Positions 38,701-47,569 of a stretch of 64,000 nucleotides of DNA are shown here, in pieces. Numbering within the stretch: position 1 is the stretch's first letter; each line of letters opens with the position of its first letter. The notes beneath the pieces are model-generated. The model ran no database searches, was not told the origin of the DNA, and saw only the letters and a list, made by a program, of their open reading frames with translations. This stretch comes from Methyloligellaceae bacterium (GTDB lineage Bacteria; Pseudomonadota; Alphaproteobacteria; Rhizobiales; CBDHHC01): positions 79,134 through 143,133 of the forward strand of contig CBDHHC010000005.1 of assembly GCA_965263345.1 (NCBI GenBank), given 5' to 3'. Position numbers and translations under genes: made by a program.

Positions 38701-39363
38701 GGCTTTATGATAGACTTCAGCATCTGCTTTTGTACGGGCTGCTTCTCCAAGCATATCATAGGAATAAGTATATCCTACCTTTTCCTTGGATTTAGCTCTT
38801 TTTAGTGCCTTTTCTATATTTGAGCCAAGAACAAACTGACGTCCAAGTTCTTTCATTGCTTGGCCAACGGCAACACGAATTACAGGTTCTCCAAGTCTTT
38901 TCACAACAGATTTCAGGGCACCAACCAGACCTGTTTCATCTTCAGCCAAGACTTTCCCTGTGAGCATTAACCCCCATGTAGACGCATTAACAAGAGAGGA
39001 ACTTGATTGACCAAGATGTTTGCCCCAATCAGACGGAGCAATCTTATCTTCAATAAGTGCATCAATTGTTTCAGCATCGGGAACACGCAATAAGGCCTCT
39101 GCAAGACACATGAGTGCAATGCCTTCTTGTGTCGATAGTCCATACTCATTGAGAAAATTCTCCATTAGTCCTTGATGTGGACTATTCCTTACATCTTCAA
39201 CGAGTTCGGCCGCCTTAGTAGATATATCTATACGCTCAGAGTCTTTGAGTTTTAGGCCTTGAACTAGTTCTTCAACAATTTTTTCCTCGTTAGCTAAATA
39301 GGCTGAGCGTAAAGAAGCGCGAATGTCATTCAGAATATTGGGAATATATTTTTGTGTTTGCAT
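35725..39363 (-). CDS. putA: Bifunctional proline dehydrogenase / 1-pyrroline-5-carboxylate dehydrogenase
   Basis: 1212 aa. Proline dehydrogenase barrel (VRLVKGAYWDSE, YAPVG...LLAYLVRRLLENGANSSF) is followed by an aldehyde dehydrogenase domain (PWNFPLAIF, ETGGLNAMIVD, AGQRCSA, GGEGLSGTGPKAGGP). Confidence 0.95.
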   Translation of the reverse strand: MQTQKYIPNILNDIRASLRSAYLANEEKIVEELVQGLKLKDSERIDISTKAAELVEDVRNSPHQGLMENFLNEYGLSTQEGIALMCLAEALLRVPDAETIDALIEDKIAPSDWGKHLGQSSSSLVNASTWGLMLTGKVLAEDETGLVGALKSVVKRLGEPVIRVAVGQAMKELGRQFVLGSNIEKALKRAKSKEKVGYTYSYDMLGEAARTKADAEVYHKAYSDAIFALAEYCTSGNVRENPGISVKLSALHPRYEFIQRDLVMSELVETTRDLAYKAKSANMGLNIDAEEADRLDLSLDVIEAVLSDTKLEGWDGFGVVVQAYGQRASYVIDWLYSLASKLNRRIMVRLVKGAYWDSEIKRAQVLGLKGFPVFTRKVNTDISYMLCAQKLFQYADRIYPQFATHNAHTVASILHMAKGRDDFEFQRLHGMGKTLHDIIINKHKSRCRIYAPVGAHEDLLAYLVRRLLENGANSSFVNQIVDNNVAPEEIVSDPVTALKDYETISNPLIKKAVDLFGENRINSKGWDITDPIIFEELDKERLPYLNSQWNIENNYIGPKRTVINPANPSDIVGTINDALPSDVTKAFRTAKLLQPTWAALTISERAQRLKRAADLFETHAPELIALACREAGKNLFDAIGEIREAVDFLRYYAVQGQVLFGDSRGIFACISPWNFPLAIFTGQIAAALMAGNAVLAKPAEQTPLIAARAVELLHLAGIPEEILQLLPGEGESVGTALTSSSDVSGVCFTGSTETAQIINKSLAQSAPLAPLIAETGGLNAMIVDSTSLPEQTVMDVVTSAFQSAGQRCSALRVLYIQKDIKDRILQMLFGAMDALKVGDPWCLSTDIGPVIDEEAYDSISSYCSKMEQAGRLLKKINVPEKGRFIPPSVFEIDGIYELEREIFGPVLHIATYESNEIDKVIQDINSTGYGLTFGLHTRIDDRVQQVVDAISAGNLYINRNQIGAIVGSQPFGGEGLSGTGPKAGGPLYMRRFTKNDEVNDHEVSLNKTFLSFDDLQEAIRSVDNTGWSNNPERIKYLENIISSSFSKNAPTLIEDLFKAVESIPIEGLDLPGPTGESNRLSLHAKGIFICLGPSSEALIAQTLQALYLGCGVVMPDCSVSEVLLKAGLPVAIFEGNLDAEHLKTIQRISGVCFASKSSARTKEFRSMLAQRTGPILPLVTDMISPELFINERTICIDTTAAGGNAALLAEIV

Positions 39364-39384
39364 GTTCTAATTAACCTAAATTTC

Positions 39385-40116
39385 TCAACGAACTTTGCTT
39401 AAGAATCTTTGTAGATGTTCACTTTCGGGAGAATTCATAATCTTCTTTGAATTGCCAATTTCGTCGATAACGCCCTCGTGAAAAAATGCAACACGGTCAG
39501 ACACATCGCGTGCAAACCCCATTTCATGTGTGACACAAATCATTGTCATTCCCTCTTCAGCAAGTAGACGCATTGTATCAAGCACTTCACCTACAAGTTC
39601 TGGATCAAGCGCTGAGGTGGCTTCATCAAACAACATATAATTTGGCTCCATTGCCAAAGCTCGTGCTATTGCAAGTCTCTGCTGTTGCCCACCGGATAAA
39701 GCGCTAGGATACACATCGAGCTTATCGCCAAGGCCAACATGTTCTAACTGTTGAACAGCTATCTCTCGCGCCTCTTTCTTAGATTTTCCTTTTACAATGT
39801 GAGGGGATAAAGCAACATTCTCTATTACCTTCATGTGCGGGAAAGAGTTCCATTGTTGGAAGACCATTCCCAGGTTCTGACGTAATTTATTTATATTGGT
39901 TTTTTTTGCGTGGACATCTGTTCCATCAACAATAATATCGCCTTTTTGTATTGGTTCTAAACCATTGATACAATAAAGTAGTGTGGATTTTCCAGAACCG
40001 GAAGCACCAATGATACTAAGAACTTCACCTTTTTCCACGGTCAGATTAATGCCTTTCAAAACATGCAAGGCACCAAAATATTTATGAACATCTTTGATTT
40101 CGATCATGACTTCCAC
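39385..40116 (-). CDS. Polar amino-acid ABC transporter ATP-binding protein
   Basis: 243 aa. GASGSGKST, LSGGQQQR and MLFDEATSALD, GlnQ/HisP-like. Confidence 0.9.
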   Translation of the reverse strand: MEVMIEIKDVHKYFGALHVLKGINLTVEKGEVLSIIGASGSGKSTLLYCINGLEPIQKGDIIVDGTDVHAKKTNINKLRQNLGMVFQQWNSFPHMKVIENVALSPHIVKGKSKKEAREIAVQQLEHVGLGDKLDVYPSALSGGQQQRLAIARALAMEPNYMLFDEATSALDPELVGEVLDTMRLLAEEGMTMICVTHEMGFARDVSDRVAFFHEGVIDEIGNSKKIMNSPESEHLQRFLSKVR

Positions 40117-40766
40117 CTCTTTTCAATGTGGGTGCTGTATAAAGAAATAGGATATGAAAGGGCGAAGTAGAATGCGCCAACTATTGTCAAAAGAAGGAAC
40201 GTTTCTTGTGTTTTAGTATTCAATGTGTAAAAAGCCCGTGTCAGTTCGGTATAGTTAATAACTGAAACAAGTGCAGAGTCTTTCATCACACTCAACGCTA
40301 TACCAATCCAGGCAGGGAATACAGCTCTCAAACCCAAGGGCCATACGATATGCATCATTTTTTGCAAGTACGTCATTCCAAGTGAACGAGCAGCAATTTG
40401 TATTTCTTTGGGTACTGATGCAATGGCACCACGTACAATCATGGTAACTTGCGCTGCGGTATAAAACGTCAAAACTATTGTTCCTGCAACAAAAGCTGTC
40501 TGCGGATATCCTATGATCGCAATCCATGTGTTGAACAGAAGTAATTGAATGATAAGAGGAACAGATCTAAACACATCTAGAACTGCGTCAACTATTATCA
40601 CAAAAAATAGATGAACTGATGATAATAGCCACCCCAGACCTATTCCAATTAATGTGCCGAGAGCGATTGATAGACCAGATATTACAATAGTACCCATGGC
40701 AGCTGAAGCTAGGTACCAAAAGTCATTCCATTGCAAATTACTGAAAACTTGTACTTGTTCAACCAT
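40104..40766 (-). CDS. Amino-acid ABC transporter permease (His/Glu/Gln/Arg/opine family)
   Basis: 220 aa with 5 TM helices. EAA loop: IQIAARSLGMTYLQKMMHIVWP. Confidence 0.88.
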   Translation of the reverse strand: MVEQVQVFSNLQWNDFWYLASAAMGTIVISGLSIALGTLIGIGLGWLLSSVHLFFVIIVDAVLDVFRSVPLIIQLLLFNTWIAIIGYPQTAFVAGTIVLTFYTAAQVTMIVRGAIASVPKEIQIAARSLGMTYLQKMMHIVWPLGLRAVFPAWIGIALSVMKDSALVSVINYTELTRAFYTLNTKTQETFLLLTIVGAFYFALSYPISLYSTHIEKRWKS

Positions 40767-40769
40767 GGT

Positions 40770-41507
40770 CTATACCTCCTTTAAGAAGGCCCATTTAATC
40801 AAATAAGCACATCCCAAAACGAATTTCGTTATCAAATAGTATATAACAGCTGCGGCTAGGAAAAATTCAAATGTTCTAAAGGTTCTTGATTGTAAAAAAT
40901 CTGTTTCACCAGTTAGCTCTCTAAATCCAACTAATGTTCCCAGTGAACTTAAGAGAATCACCCAAATGAATTGGTTTGTCATAGGTAAATAAACTATTCT
41001 TAAAACTTGAGGAATGACAATTCTACTGTAAGCTTGAAATGATGACATTCCCAGACTTCTAGCAGACTTCATCTGATTAGCAGGTATCGCTTCAAAGCCA
41101 CCTCTGAATGTTTCTGCCATATAGCCTGCAGTAAGAAAAGTTAAGGCTGTAAAAACTGACCATTTTGACCCTAGAAAAATTCCAAATGCACCTAAGCCAA
41201 AGTAGAAGAAGTATAATTGGAAAACTGAAGGCGTATTGCGAGCAAGTTCAATCCACACAGTTGAAAAAAAGTATATGATTGCATTTAAGGGCTTCCAAGA
41301 AGAGTAAGCTGACATTCGCCCTAATGCTAAAAATAGAGCAACAATCATCCCCGCAACCATAGCATAAACAGAAATTTCAAGTGTTATTCCCGCAGCATAA
41401 AAAAGCTGACCTTCTCCATTTAATCCCTCAGGACATAAAGGTTCAAACTCTGCCCAAGAGGGACAGATTGCTTTCTGCACAGGACGCCATAAAAAAACAT
41501 AATCCAA
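40770..41507 (-). CDS. Amino-acid ABC transporter permease (His/Glu/Gln/Arg/opine family)
   Basis: 245 aa. EAA loop: QMKSARSLGMSSFQAYSRIVIPQ. Confidence 0.88.
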   Translation of the reverse strand: MDYVFLWRPVQKAICPSWAEFEPLCPEGLNGEGQLFYAAGITLEISVYAMVAGMIVALFLALGRMSAYSSWKPLNAIIYFFSTVWIELARNTPSVFQLYFFYFGLGAFGIFLGSKWSVFTALTFLTAGYMAETFRGGFEAIPANQMKSARSLGMSSFQAYSRIVIPQVLRIVYLPMTNQFIWVILLSSLGTLVGFRELTGETDFLQSRTFRTFEFFLAAAVIYYLITKFVLGCAYLIKWAFLKEV

Positions 41508-41594
41508 AGATGTATCTCCTCTTTAAGTACAGGCCCATAATTTTTACATTATGAGCCTGCAGCAGATTTTTATTATTTCGAATGAGGAGTTAAC

Positions 41595-42422
41595 TTAATA
41601 ATAAACGCCTTTTACAGTCAAATCTGGTGCATCTGTACCTAGGTATTTGTTATGCAGCTCATTAAAGCGACCAGAACGAACCTGTCGGTTAATGAATAGG
41701 TTTAGGTATTTTTGCCATCCATATTCTTTTCTGAGTGTCATCATACCTGTAATATCCTGGCCAACCGGAGCCAAAGGACCCATTTTGATATTAGGGTGTT
41801 TACCTGAATTTATTGCTGCTTTTGCTGATACATTGGTTACAATGATTGCATCAACTTGCCCCTGCCCTACAGCGATAACAGATTCACTCTCACTTTTGTA
41901 AGAAGTATATGTACCTTTGCTGTCAGGCCAATTCTCTTTCTTATATTTTAGAAACTCACTTTCATAAGTTGTACCTACTGCAGCACCAACTTTAGCATTT
42001 TTTAGGTCTTCCCATTTGTTAATCTTAGCATTTTTGTTAACTACAGCTACGAACTGGTAAACCATATATGGGATTGTAAAGCCAGCAGTCTTAGCACGCT
42101 CTAATGTATCAGATGCAGAAGCAACTGCCACGTCAGCTTTACCTGATACCAATGCAGGAATACGCTCAGCCCAAGTTACCCCAACAATTTCAGGTTTAAC
42201 ATCAAGAGCCTTTGCTAGATCTTTACACATCTCAACATCTAAACCTGCTGGTTTATTATCTTTATCGCGAAAACCAATAGGTGGGAAGTCAAGGACAATA
42301 GCGCAGCGAACTTTGCCAGCTTGCAAAACTTTATCTAGCTTATCAGCAATTGCCGATTGAGAAAAAAGCGATACAGATAATGCTGCTGTCGCAGCAAGTG
42401 ATAAAAATGATTTGATTTTCAT
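41595..42422 (-). CDS. Amino-acid ABC transporter substrate-binding protein (family 3)
   Basis: 275 aa with a signal peptide. Type II SBP layout (GKVRCAIVLDFPPIGFRD...DVEMCKDLAKAL). Confidence 0.85.
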   Translation of the reverse strand: MKIKSFLSLAATAALSVSLFSQSAIADKLDKVLQAGKVRCAIVLDFPPIGFRDKDNKPAGLDVEMCKDLAKALDVKPEIVGVTWAERIPALVSGKADVAVASASDTLERAKTAGFTIPYMVYQFVAVVNKNAKINKWEDLKNAKVGAAVGTTYESEFLKYKKENWPDSKGTYTSYKSESESVIAVGQGQVDAIIVTNVSAKAAINSGKHPNIKMGPLAPVGQDITGMMTLRKEYGWQKYLNLFINRQVRSGRFNELHNKYLGTDAPDLTVKGVYY

Positions 42423-42644
42423 AGTTTCTCCCTAATATTGTGAGTTGGCTGATAAGTTTTTAGTTTTTTAACTTTAATTATAAAAATTCGGATTTACAAT
42501 TGTGATTTTGTTGATTTATTACCAACTTCACATTTTCATAATAATAGAAAAACAAAAGTCTTTTAGTCTTTTTTTAAAGATTTTTTTAGTCTTTTTGATT
42601 TTATTATAGCGCTAATAGGGTCTTTTTATGAAAGGAATTATTTA

Positions 42645-43109
42645 ATGATCAGTACAATCGATCAGTTCGATAAAAAAATCCTTCAGATACTCCAGGTAAA
42701 TGGTCGGATAACTGTTACAGAGCTTGCTAAACAGGTTGGCTTATCTAAGACACCATGCCTGGTCCGCATGAAACGTCTAGAAGATGAGGGTTATATAAAG
42801 GGTTATCAAGCTGTTCTCGACCCGCAGAAGCTAGATTTATCACATGTTGCTTTTGTCGAAGTAAAATTACTAGATACGAAAGCTTCAGCATTAAACGCCT
42901 TTAATAAAGCTGTATTAGATCACCCTGAAATTGAACAGGTCCACCTTATAGCTGGAGGATTTGATTATCTTTTGAAGGTTCGAAGTCAGGATATATCCAA
43001 TTATCGTAGCATATTAGGGGGGAAGATTTCTACATTACCAAATTTATCTAACACGAGTACTTACGTATCAATGGAGACTGTTAAAGATTTAAATTTCATT
43101 TCTCTATAA
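42645..43109 (+). CDS. Lrp/AsnC family transcriptional regulator (PutR-like by context)
   Basis: 154 aa. HTH: LDKKILQILQVNGRITVTELAKQVGLSKTPCLVRMKRLEDEGYI, plus an RAM domain. Divergent from the ABC-putA operon. Confidence 0.85.
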   Translation: MISTIDQFDKKILQILQVNGRITVTELAKQVGLSKTPCLVRMKRLEDEGYIKGYQAVLDPQKLDLSHVAFVEVKLLDTKASALNAFNKAVLDHPEIEQVHLIAGGFDYLLKVRSQDISNYRSILGGKISTLPNLSNTSTYVSMETVKDLNFISL

Positions 43110-43762
43110 GGTGTGCAAATTAGCGCTGAGGTATTATAGGAGGTCAGGGATTACTTCTTACATCGCAGAAACAACCAACCTATATGGGAAAACTATGATA
43201 AATCTAAAAAGTCATATAATCTACTTACACATCCTAAATTAGACGTTTTAACTTTTTAAGGGGCATAGAATGGAAATAAAACTGGATGATTAAACATTCT
43301 TTCTTTGGGAAGCTCTAACCACCAGGACGTTATCAAGTCAGCTAACGTCTGTTGTATTTTCTTGTATTTTAAAGTGCCAAAGGGATCGTATGTGAGATGT
43401 CTTTAAGTTTGAACATAACGTTAATTTCTTTATAATTACTTTTCCTATTTTTTCAGTTTCATTAGGTGCTTAGTTTAACTACATACTAATTTCTTTCATC
43501 ATAATCAAAAGCTAGACAGTAACTTAACCCGCAGTGAAATAGTAATTTTATTAAGATAATTTTATATTTAACAATGCCTTAATAGAAAAATAAAAAAATA
43601 TTTTAGTCATATAAATAAAGGGTTGAAGGCCTTTAGGTTTATATAACAATCGAATTTTGACTTCAGAAATTCTTGCAAAAAAACGCTTTTCTCCGAATAA
43701 GATCACTTGAATAAGGCAAGATTTATCACGTAGCTGACAATAGCTAATATATCGGGATGTGA

Positions 43763-44473
43763 GCATCAGGTTATGCAATTGAGTTAGGATTGGGTGCTGG
43801 TGGTGATGATATCTTTACATCACTTCGTAAAAACGAGATGTATCTGGGATCAAAAACTCTCGGTAAGCTATCTATTGGTCAGGGCTTGACTGCTACTGAT
43901 GGTATCGCAGAAGTAGATCTCTCCGGTACAACGAATGCTGAATACAGTGGCAACAATGCCGGTTTTGGCAACATCGATGGTTTTTCACGTCAAGAGCGTA
44001 TCCGTTACGACTCACCTTCTTTAGCTGGTTTCAAAGTATCTGCTTCTTGGCAGGATAATGATGATACTGACATTGCTCTACGTTTTGCTAGTACTTTAGG
44101 TGATTTTAAGCTTGCTGCTGCAATTGGGGCATTCAATGACGACTCTGCAGATACAACAGGTGTCACAGGTTCAGTTTCAGCACTACATATACCAACTGGC
44201 TTAAATGTCACTTTCGCTTCTGGTGACGATGACGTGGACCATGAATACTGGTACGTTAAAGCAGGGGTCAGACAAAAAATATTCTCCGCCGGTGAAACTG
44301 CAGTATCTGTTTCTTACCATGAACAAGAAATCGCAGGGATTACTGATGAGAAAATTAGTTTCCAGTTCGTTCAAAATATCGATGCTGCTGCGACTTCTCT
44401 TTACGCAAATGTTCACGCTGTAGAGTCAGAAGATGAAGCTGTATTTATCATTGGTTCACGCATCAATTTCTAA
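43763..44473 (+). pseudogene. 5'-truncated outer-membrane porin gene (C-terminal ~236 codons only)
   Basis: The frame opens right after TGA 43760-43762 with no signal peptide. Alternating beta-strand pattern, IRYDSPSLAGFKVSASW, and the terminal IGSRINF (C-terminal Phe) are typical of alphaproteobacterial porins. About 650 bp of AT-rich non-coding DNA lies upstream. Confidence 0.6.
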
Positions 44474-44535
44474 TGTGAACTCAATACGCAATTACTGAAG
44501 TCAGCAAAAATCTCTTTCACTCTGCTCTTCAGTTC

Positions 44536-44575
44536 GCAAAACCGCTTATTAGCCTAGGCGGTTTTGCACTTTTTC
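44536..44575 (+). terminator. Rho-independent terminator after the porin remnant
   Basis: Perfect 10-bp stem gcaaaaccgc / gcggttttgc (44536-44545 / 44558-44567) followed by acttttt. Confidence 0.7.
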
Positions 44576-44732
44576 TTTCAATTATTAGCTCTCTCAGATC
44601 TTAAACTTTATCTATTTTGTTTCATGACAACATAGTCTAAACCATTACCTAATATATTTTTGTCTTCCCCCCACTTACTTGCTATTTCTCAAGCATTTTA
44701 GGCAATATCAAGGTTAATTTAAATCATAGGAT

Positions 44733-45104
44733 TTGTATTTGCCACAGCATAAGGACAAACAGACTACTAAGCCATATTGTATACGCCTAACAGAGCAGGA
44801 ACGCACAGAGCTAGAAAACCGAGCTGGCCAATTAGCGTTAGGCACTTATATCAAGTCATGCCTTTTCAATAAAACTATACCTCGAGTAAGATCTTCCAGA
44901 AAACCCAACAAAGCACTCGCCCAATTGCTCGCCTGGCTCGGCAGGAGCAACATCACATCGAACTTACAAACCCTCACCGATGCTGCAAAAAGCGGTTCAC
45001 TCCCCTTGTCACCAGAAACAATAACTGCCCTAAATCAAGCCTGTAAGGACATCGCCGACATCAAATCCATGCTGATGAAGGCTCTTGGTATTCAGGAGCG
45101 TTAG
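44733..45104 (+). CDS. MobC-like ribbon-helix-helix relaxosome accessory protein
   Basis: 123 aa. KPYCIRLTEQERTELENRAGQLALGTYIKSCLF is the MobC-family N-terminal motif. The start codon is uncertain (TTG in the track). Confidence 0.65.
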   Translation: MYLPQHKDKQTTKPYCIRLTEQERTELENRAGQLALGTYIKSCLFNKTIPRVRSSRKPNKALAQLLAWLGRSNITSNLQTLTDAAKSGSLPLSPETITALNQACKDIADIKSMLMKALGIQER

Positions 45105-45106
45105 GT

Positions 45107-45802
45107 ATGATTATACAAGCTTCAGAGCGTGGTGGAGCCAAACAGCTCGGCCTTCATATTACCCGCACAGATGACAATGAACATGTTGAAGTCCACCAAA
45201 TCAAAGGCTTTGTCTCCAATGATGTGATTGAAGCGTTAAAAGAAGCCTATGCTGTGAGCAAAGGCACCAAGTGTAAGAATTTTCTGTTCTCAGTGTCCCT
45301 CAATCCCCCAGAAACAGAAAACGTTCCTGTCTCAGTGTTTGAGGATACCATCAATCGGATCGAACAAAAAAACAATCTGGTCGACCACCCCCGTGTTGTG
45401 GTCTTCCACGAAAAGGAAGGCCGCAGACATGCTCATGCGGTCTGGTCACGAATTGATGATGAAACAATGACAGCAAAGAACCTGTCTCATTTCAAATTAA
45501 AGCTCAGAGATATTTCCAGGGAGGTTTATATGGAACAGGGCTGGAAAATGCCAAAGGGTTTGATGAACTCCCAGGACAAAGACCCGTGTAATTTCAATTT
45601 GGCTGAATGGCAACAAGCCAAACGCATGGGGCATCATGCCAGAGACTTAAAACAGATGTTCCAGGAATGCTGGGCTGTTTCAGATTCGCGTAAAGCTTTT
45701 GAGCATGTGCTGCGCGAACGGGGCTTCTCACTAGCCAAAGGAGACAGACGCGGTTTAAAAGCATTGAAACCCTTAAACCGCAAACACACAAGAAAGATAT
45801 GA
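45107..45802 (+). CDS. Relaxase/mobilisation nuclease N-terminal domain, apparently 3'-truncated
   Basis: 231 aa. MIIQASERGGAKQLGLHITRTDDNEHVEVHQIKGF and the histidine triad FHEKEGRRHAHAVWSRID are present. Similarity to this relaxase family ends around GDRRG. The ORF stops inside the recombinase start (4-nt overlap). Confidence 0.65.
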   Translation: MIIQASERGGAKQLGLHITRTDDNEHVEVHQIKGFVSNDVIEALKEAYAVSKGTKCKNFLFSVSLNPPETENVPVSVFEDTINRIEQKNNLVDHPRVVVFHEKEGRRHAHAVWSRIDDETMTAKNLSHFKLKLRDISREVYMEQGWKMPKGLMNSQDKDPCNFNLAEWQQAKRMGHHARDLKQMFQECWAVSDSRKAFEHVLRERGFSLAKGDRRGLKALKPLNRKHTRKI

Positions 45803-47460
45803 ATAAGCCCGCACTGACCACAGAACCTATTCAAAAAGCCGTCATTTATGCCCGTGTTTCCGGCGTGAAACAGGTCCGTGAAGGTGATGGGTTGGCCTCA
45901 CAGGAAACCAGGTGCCGGGAATACGCCAAATATAAAAACTACGAAATCGTTGAGGTCTTCCAGGACCAAGGGGTTTCCGGTGGCATGATAGAGCGTCCTG
46001 GAATGAAGGATATGCTCTCATATCTCACAAAGAACCGGAAAGACAATCTTATTGTCATCATTGATGATATCAGCCGTCTAGCTAGAGGCTTAAAGGCTCA
46101 CATTGAATTAAGAACGGCAATAGATGTTGCTGGAGGTATACTGGAAAGCCCTTCAATCGAATTTGGCAATGATTCCGACAGTCTTTTGGTCGAAAACTTA
46201 CTGGCCAGCGTTTCGCAGCATCAACGGGAAAAAAATACAGAGCAAACGAAAAGCCGTATGCGAGGCCGTATGATGAATGGCTATTATGTCCACTGTGCGC
46301 CCGCAGGTTATAAATATGAGAAAGCGCAAAGTGGAGGAAAAATCCTTGTTCCTGAAGAGCCGGATGCTTCAATTATCAGAGAATGTTTAGAGAGGTTTGC
46401 CGATGGCCGCTTTGAAAGCCAGATGGAGATTAAAAAATATCTGGAGAACTGCCCGAACTTTTCTCTGAACAAAAAGGGCAAAGTTAATCTGCAACGCATT
46501 CGGGAGATGTTGGAACGGGTTCTTTATGCGGGATATATTGATTCCCCCAAATGGAACATTATCATGCAACCAGGCAAGCATGAGGCTCTTATCAGCTTTG
46601 AAACCTACCAACGCATTCAGGCACGCTTAAAAGGCCAGGATAAAACGCCAGCCCGCAGAGCGATCAACAATGATTTTCCATTACGAGGATTTGTCACTTG
46701 CGGAAAATGCAATCATCCGATGACATCCGGCTGGTCTAAAGGACGCCATAAAAAATATCCTTATTATTTCTGCCAGCAGAAACCATGCAGCGAATATAAA
46801 AAATCTATCCGCAGAGAAAAACTAGAAACAGATTTTGAGCATCTGCTGGCGCGTTTATCTCCAAAGCCACAAGTCTTTATGATGGCTAGAGAGATGCTAA
46901 AAGAAGCATGGGATGAGCTACAAAACGCGGGCCAGGACCAAGGCCGGGCTATAGAAACAGACTTAATCAAAGTTGAGAACAAAGTCGAACAGCTTATGGG
47001 ACGTATTATTGAATGCGATAGTTCTGCGTTGATTGAAGCTTACGAAGCCCAAATCAAAAAGCTGCATGAAGAAAAGATCATTTTGCAGGAAAAACTGATC
47101 CAAACTGACCAACCTTACAGAGACTTTGAGGAAACTTACCGAACCGCTCTTGAATTTCTCTCAAATCCGCAGAAACTCTGGGCTTCTGGAGACCCCAGTA
47201 ACCAGAATTTGGTCCTCAAACTGGTCTTTGAAGAGAAACTGGCCTACCACAGAAATGGAGGTTACCGAACCGCAAAAACCACCTTACCTTTCAAGGTCTT
47301 AGAGGCAATTAATGACAATAAGTTCGGTATGGTGCGGTCGAGAGGACTTGAACCTCCACCCGTGTTACCGGACAGCGACCTCAACGCTGCGCGTCTACCA
47401 GTTCCGCCACGACCGCATGAGAAAAGACAAAATATTATGATAAGACTATTTGTCTGGTAG
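45799..47460 (+). CDS. Large serine recombinase (resolvase domain, recombinase domain, zinc ribbon, coiled coil)
   Basis: 553-aa ORF. Catalytic-Ser region AVIYARVSGVKQ, then VFQDQGVSGG..ERPGMKDML, zinc ribbon CGKCNHPMTS...YYFCQQKPC, and a coiled coil near residues 380-440. The last ~45 codons (MVRSRGLEPPPV...) are the antisense of tRNA-Leu, so the true functional C-terminus is uncertain. Confidence 0.8.
   Translation: MNKPALTTEPIQKAVIYARVSGVKQVREGDGLASQETRCREYAKYKNYEIVEVFQDQGVSGGMIERPGMKDMLSYLTKNRKDNLIVIIDDISRLARGLKAHIELRTAIDVAGGILESPSIEFGNDSDSLLVENLLASVSQHQREKNTEQTKSRMRGRMMNGYYVHCAPAGYKYEKAQSGGKILVPEEPDASIIRECLERFADGRFESQMEIKKYLENCPNFSLNKKGKVNLQRIREMLERVLYAGYIDSPKWNIIMQPGKHEALISFETYQRIQARLKGQDKTPARRAINNDFPLRGFVTCGKCNHPMTSGWSKGRHKKYPYYFCQQKPCSEYKKSIRREKLETDFEHLLARLSPKPQVFMMAREMLKEAWDELQNAGQDQGRAIETDLIKVENKVEQLMGRIIECDSSALIEAYEAQIKKLHEEKIILQEKLIQTDQPYRDFEETYRTALEFLSNPQKLWASGDPSNQNLVLKLVFEEKLAYHRNGGYRTAKTTLPFKVLEAINDNKFGMVRSRGLEPPPVLPDSDLNAARLPVPPRPHEKRQNIMIRLFVW
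47330..47416 (-). tRNA. tRNA-Leu (anticodon GAG), CCA encoded
   Basis: Reverse complement: gcggtcgtggcggaactggtagacgcgcagcgttgaggtcgctgtccggtaacacgggtggaggttcaagtcctctcgaccgcacca. Acceptor pairing gcggtcg/cgaccgc, anticodon loop tTGAGgt, long variable arm and a GTTCAAGTC T-loop. Confidence 0.92.
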
Positions 47461-47569
47461 ATGTTAAGATGGTTGGATTAGCAAAAAGCTTAATTAAAAG
47501 CAAGCTTATATCCTTGTTTTTCACATTTTAGATGTCTGGAAAGCTTTTGTATCTCTGACTTTATAGAAA

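Larger units (their letters stand above)
44576..47329 (+). mobile_element. Remnant integrative mobilisable element abutting the 3' end of tRNA-Leu (mobC-like, truncated relaxase, serine recombinase); left border not defined
   Basis: Gene content plus position directly against the tRNA 3' end. I could find no direct repeat of the tRNA 3' end to the left, as expected for serine recombinases. Confidence 0.55.

Noticed and set aside
43551-43778. 75-aa minus-strand ORF in the AT-rich spacer before the porin remnant
   Set aside because: Its composition is driven by AT-rich DNA (Lys/Ile/Phe/Leu-rich). It has no RBS and no recognisable motif.
44576-44732. oriT upstream of the mobC-like gene
   Set aside because: This is the expected location, but I could not find a convincing inverted repeat plus nick motif by eye. 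It is left as a check rather than a feature.
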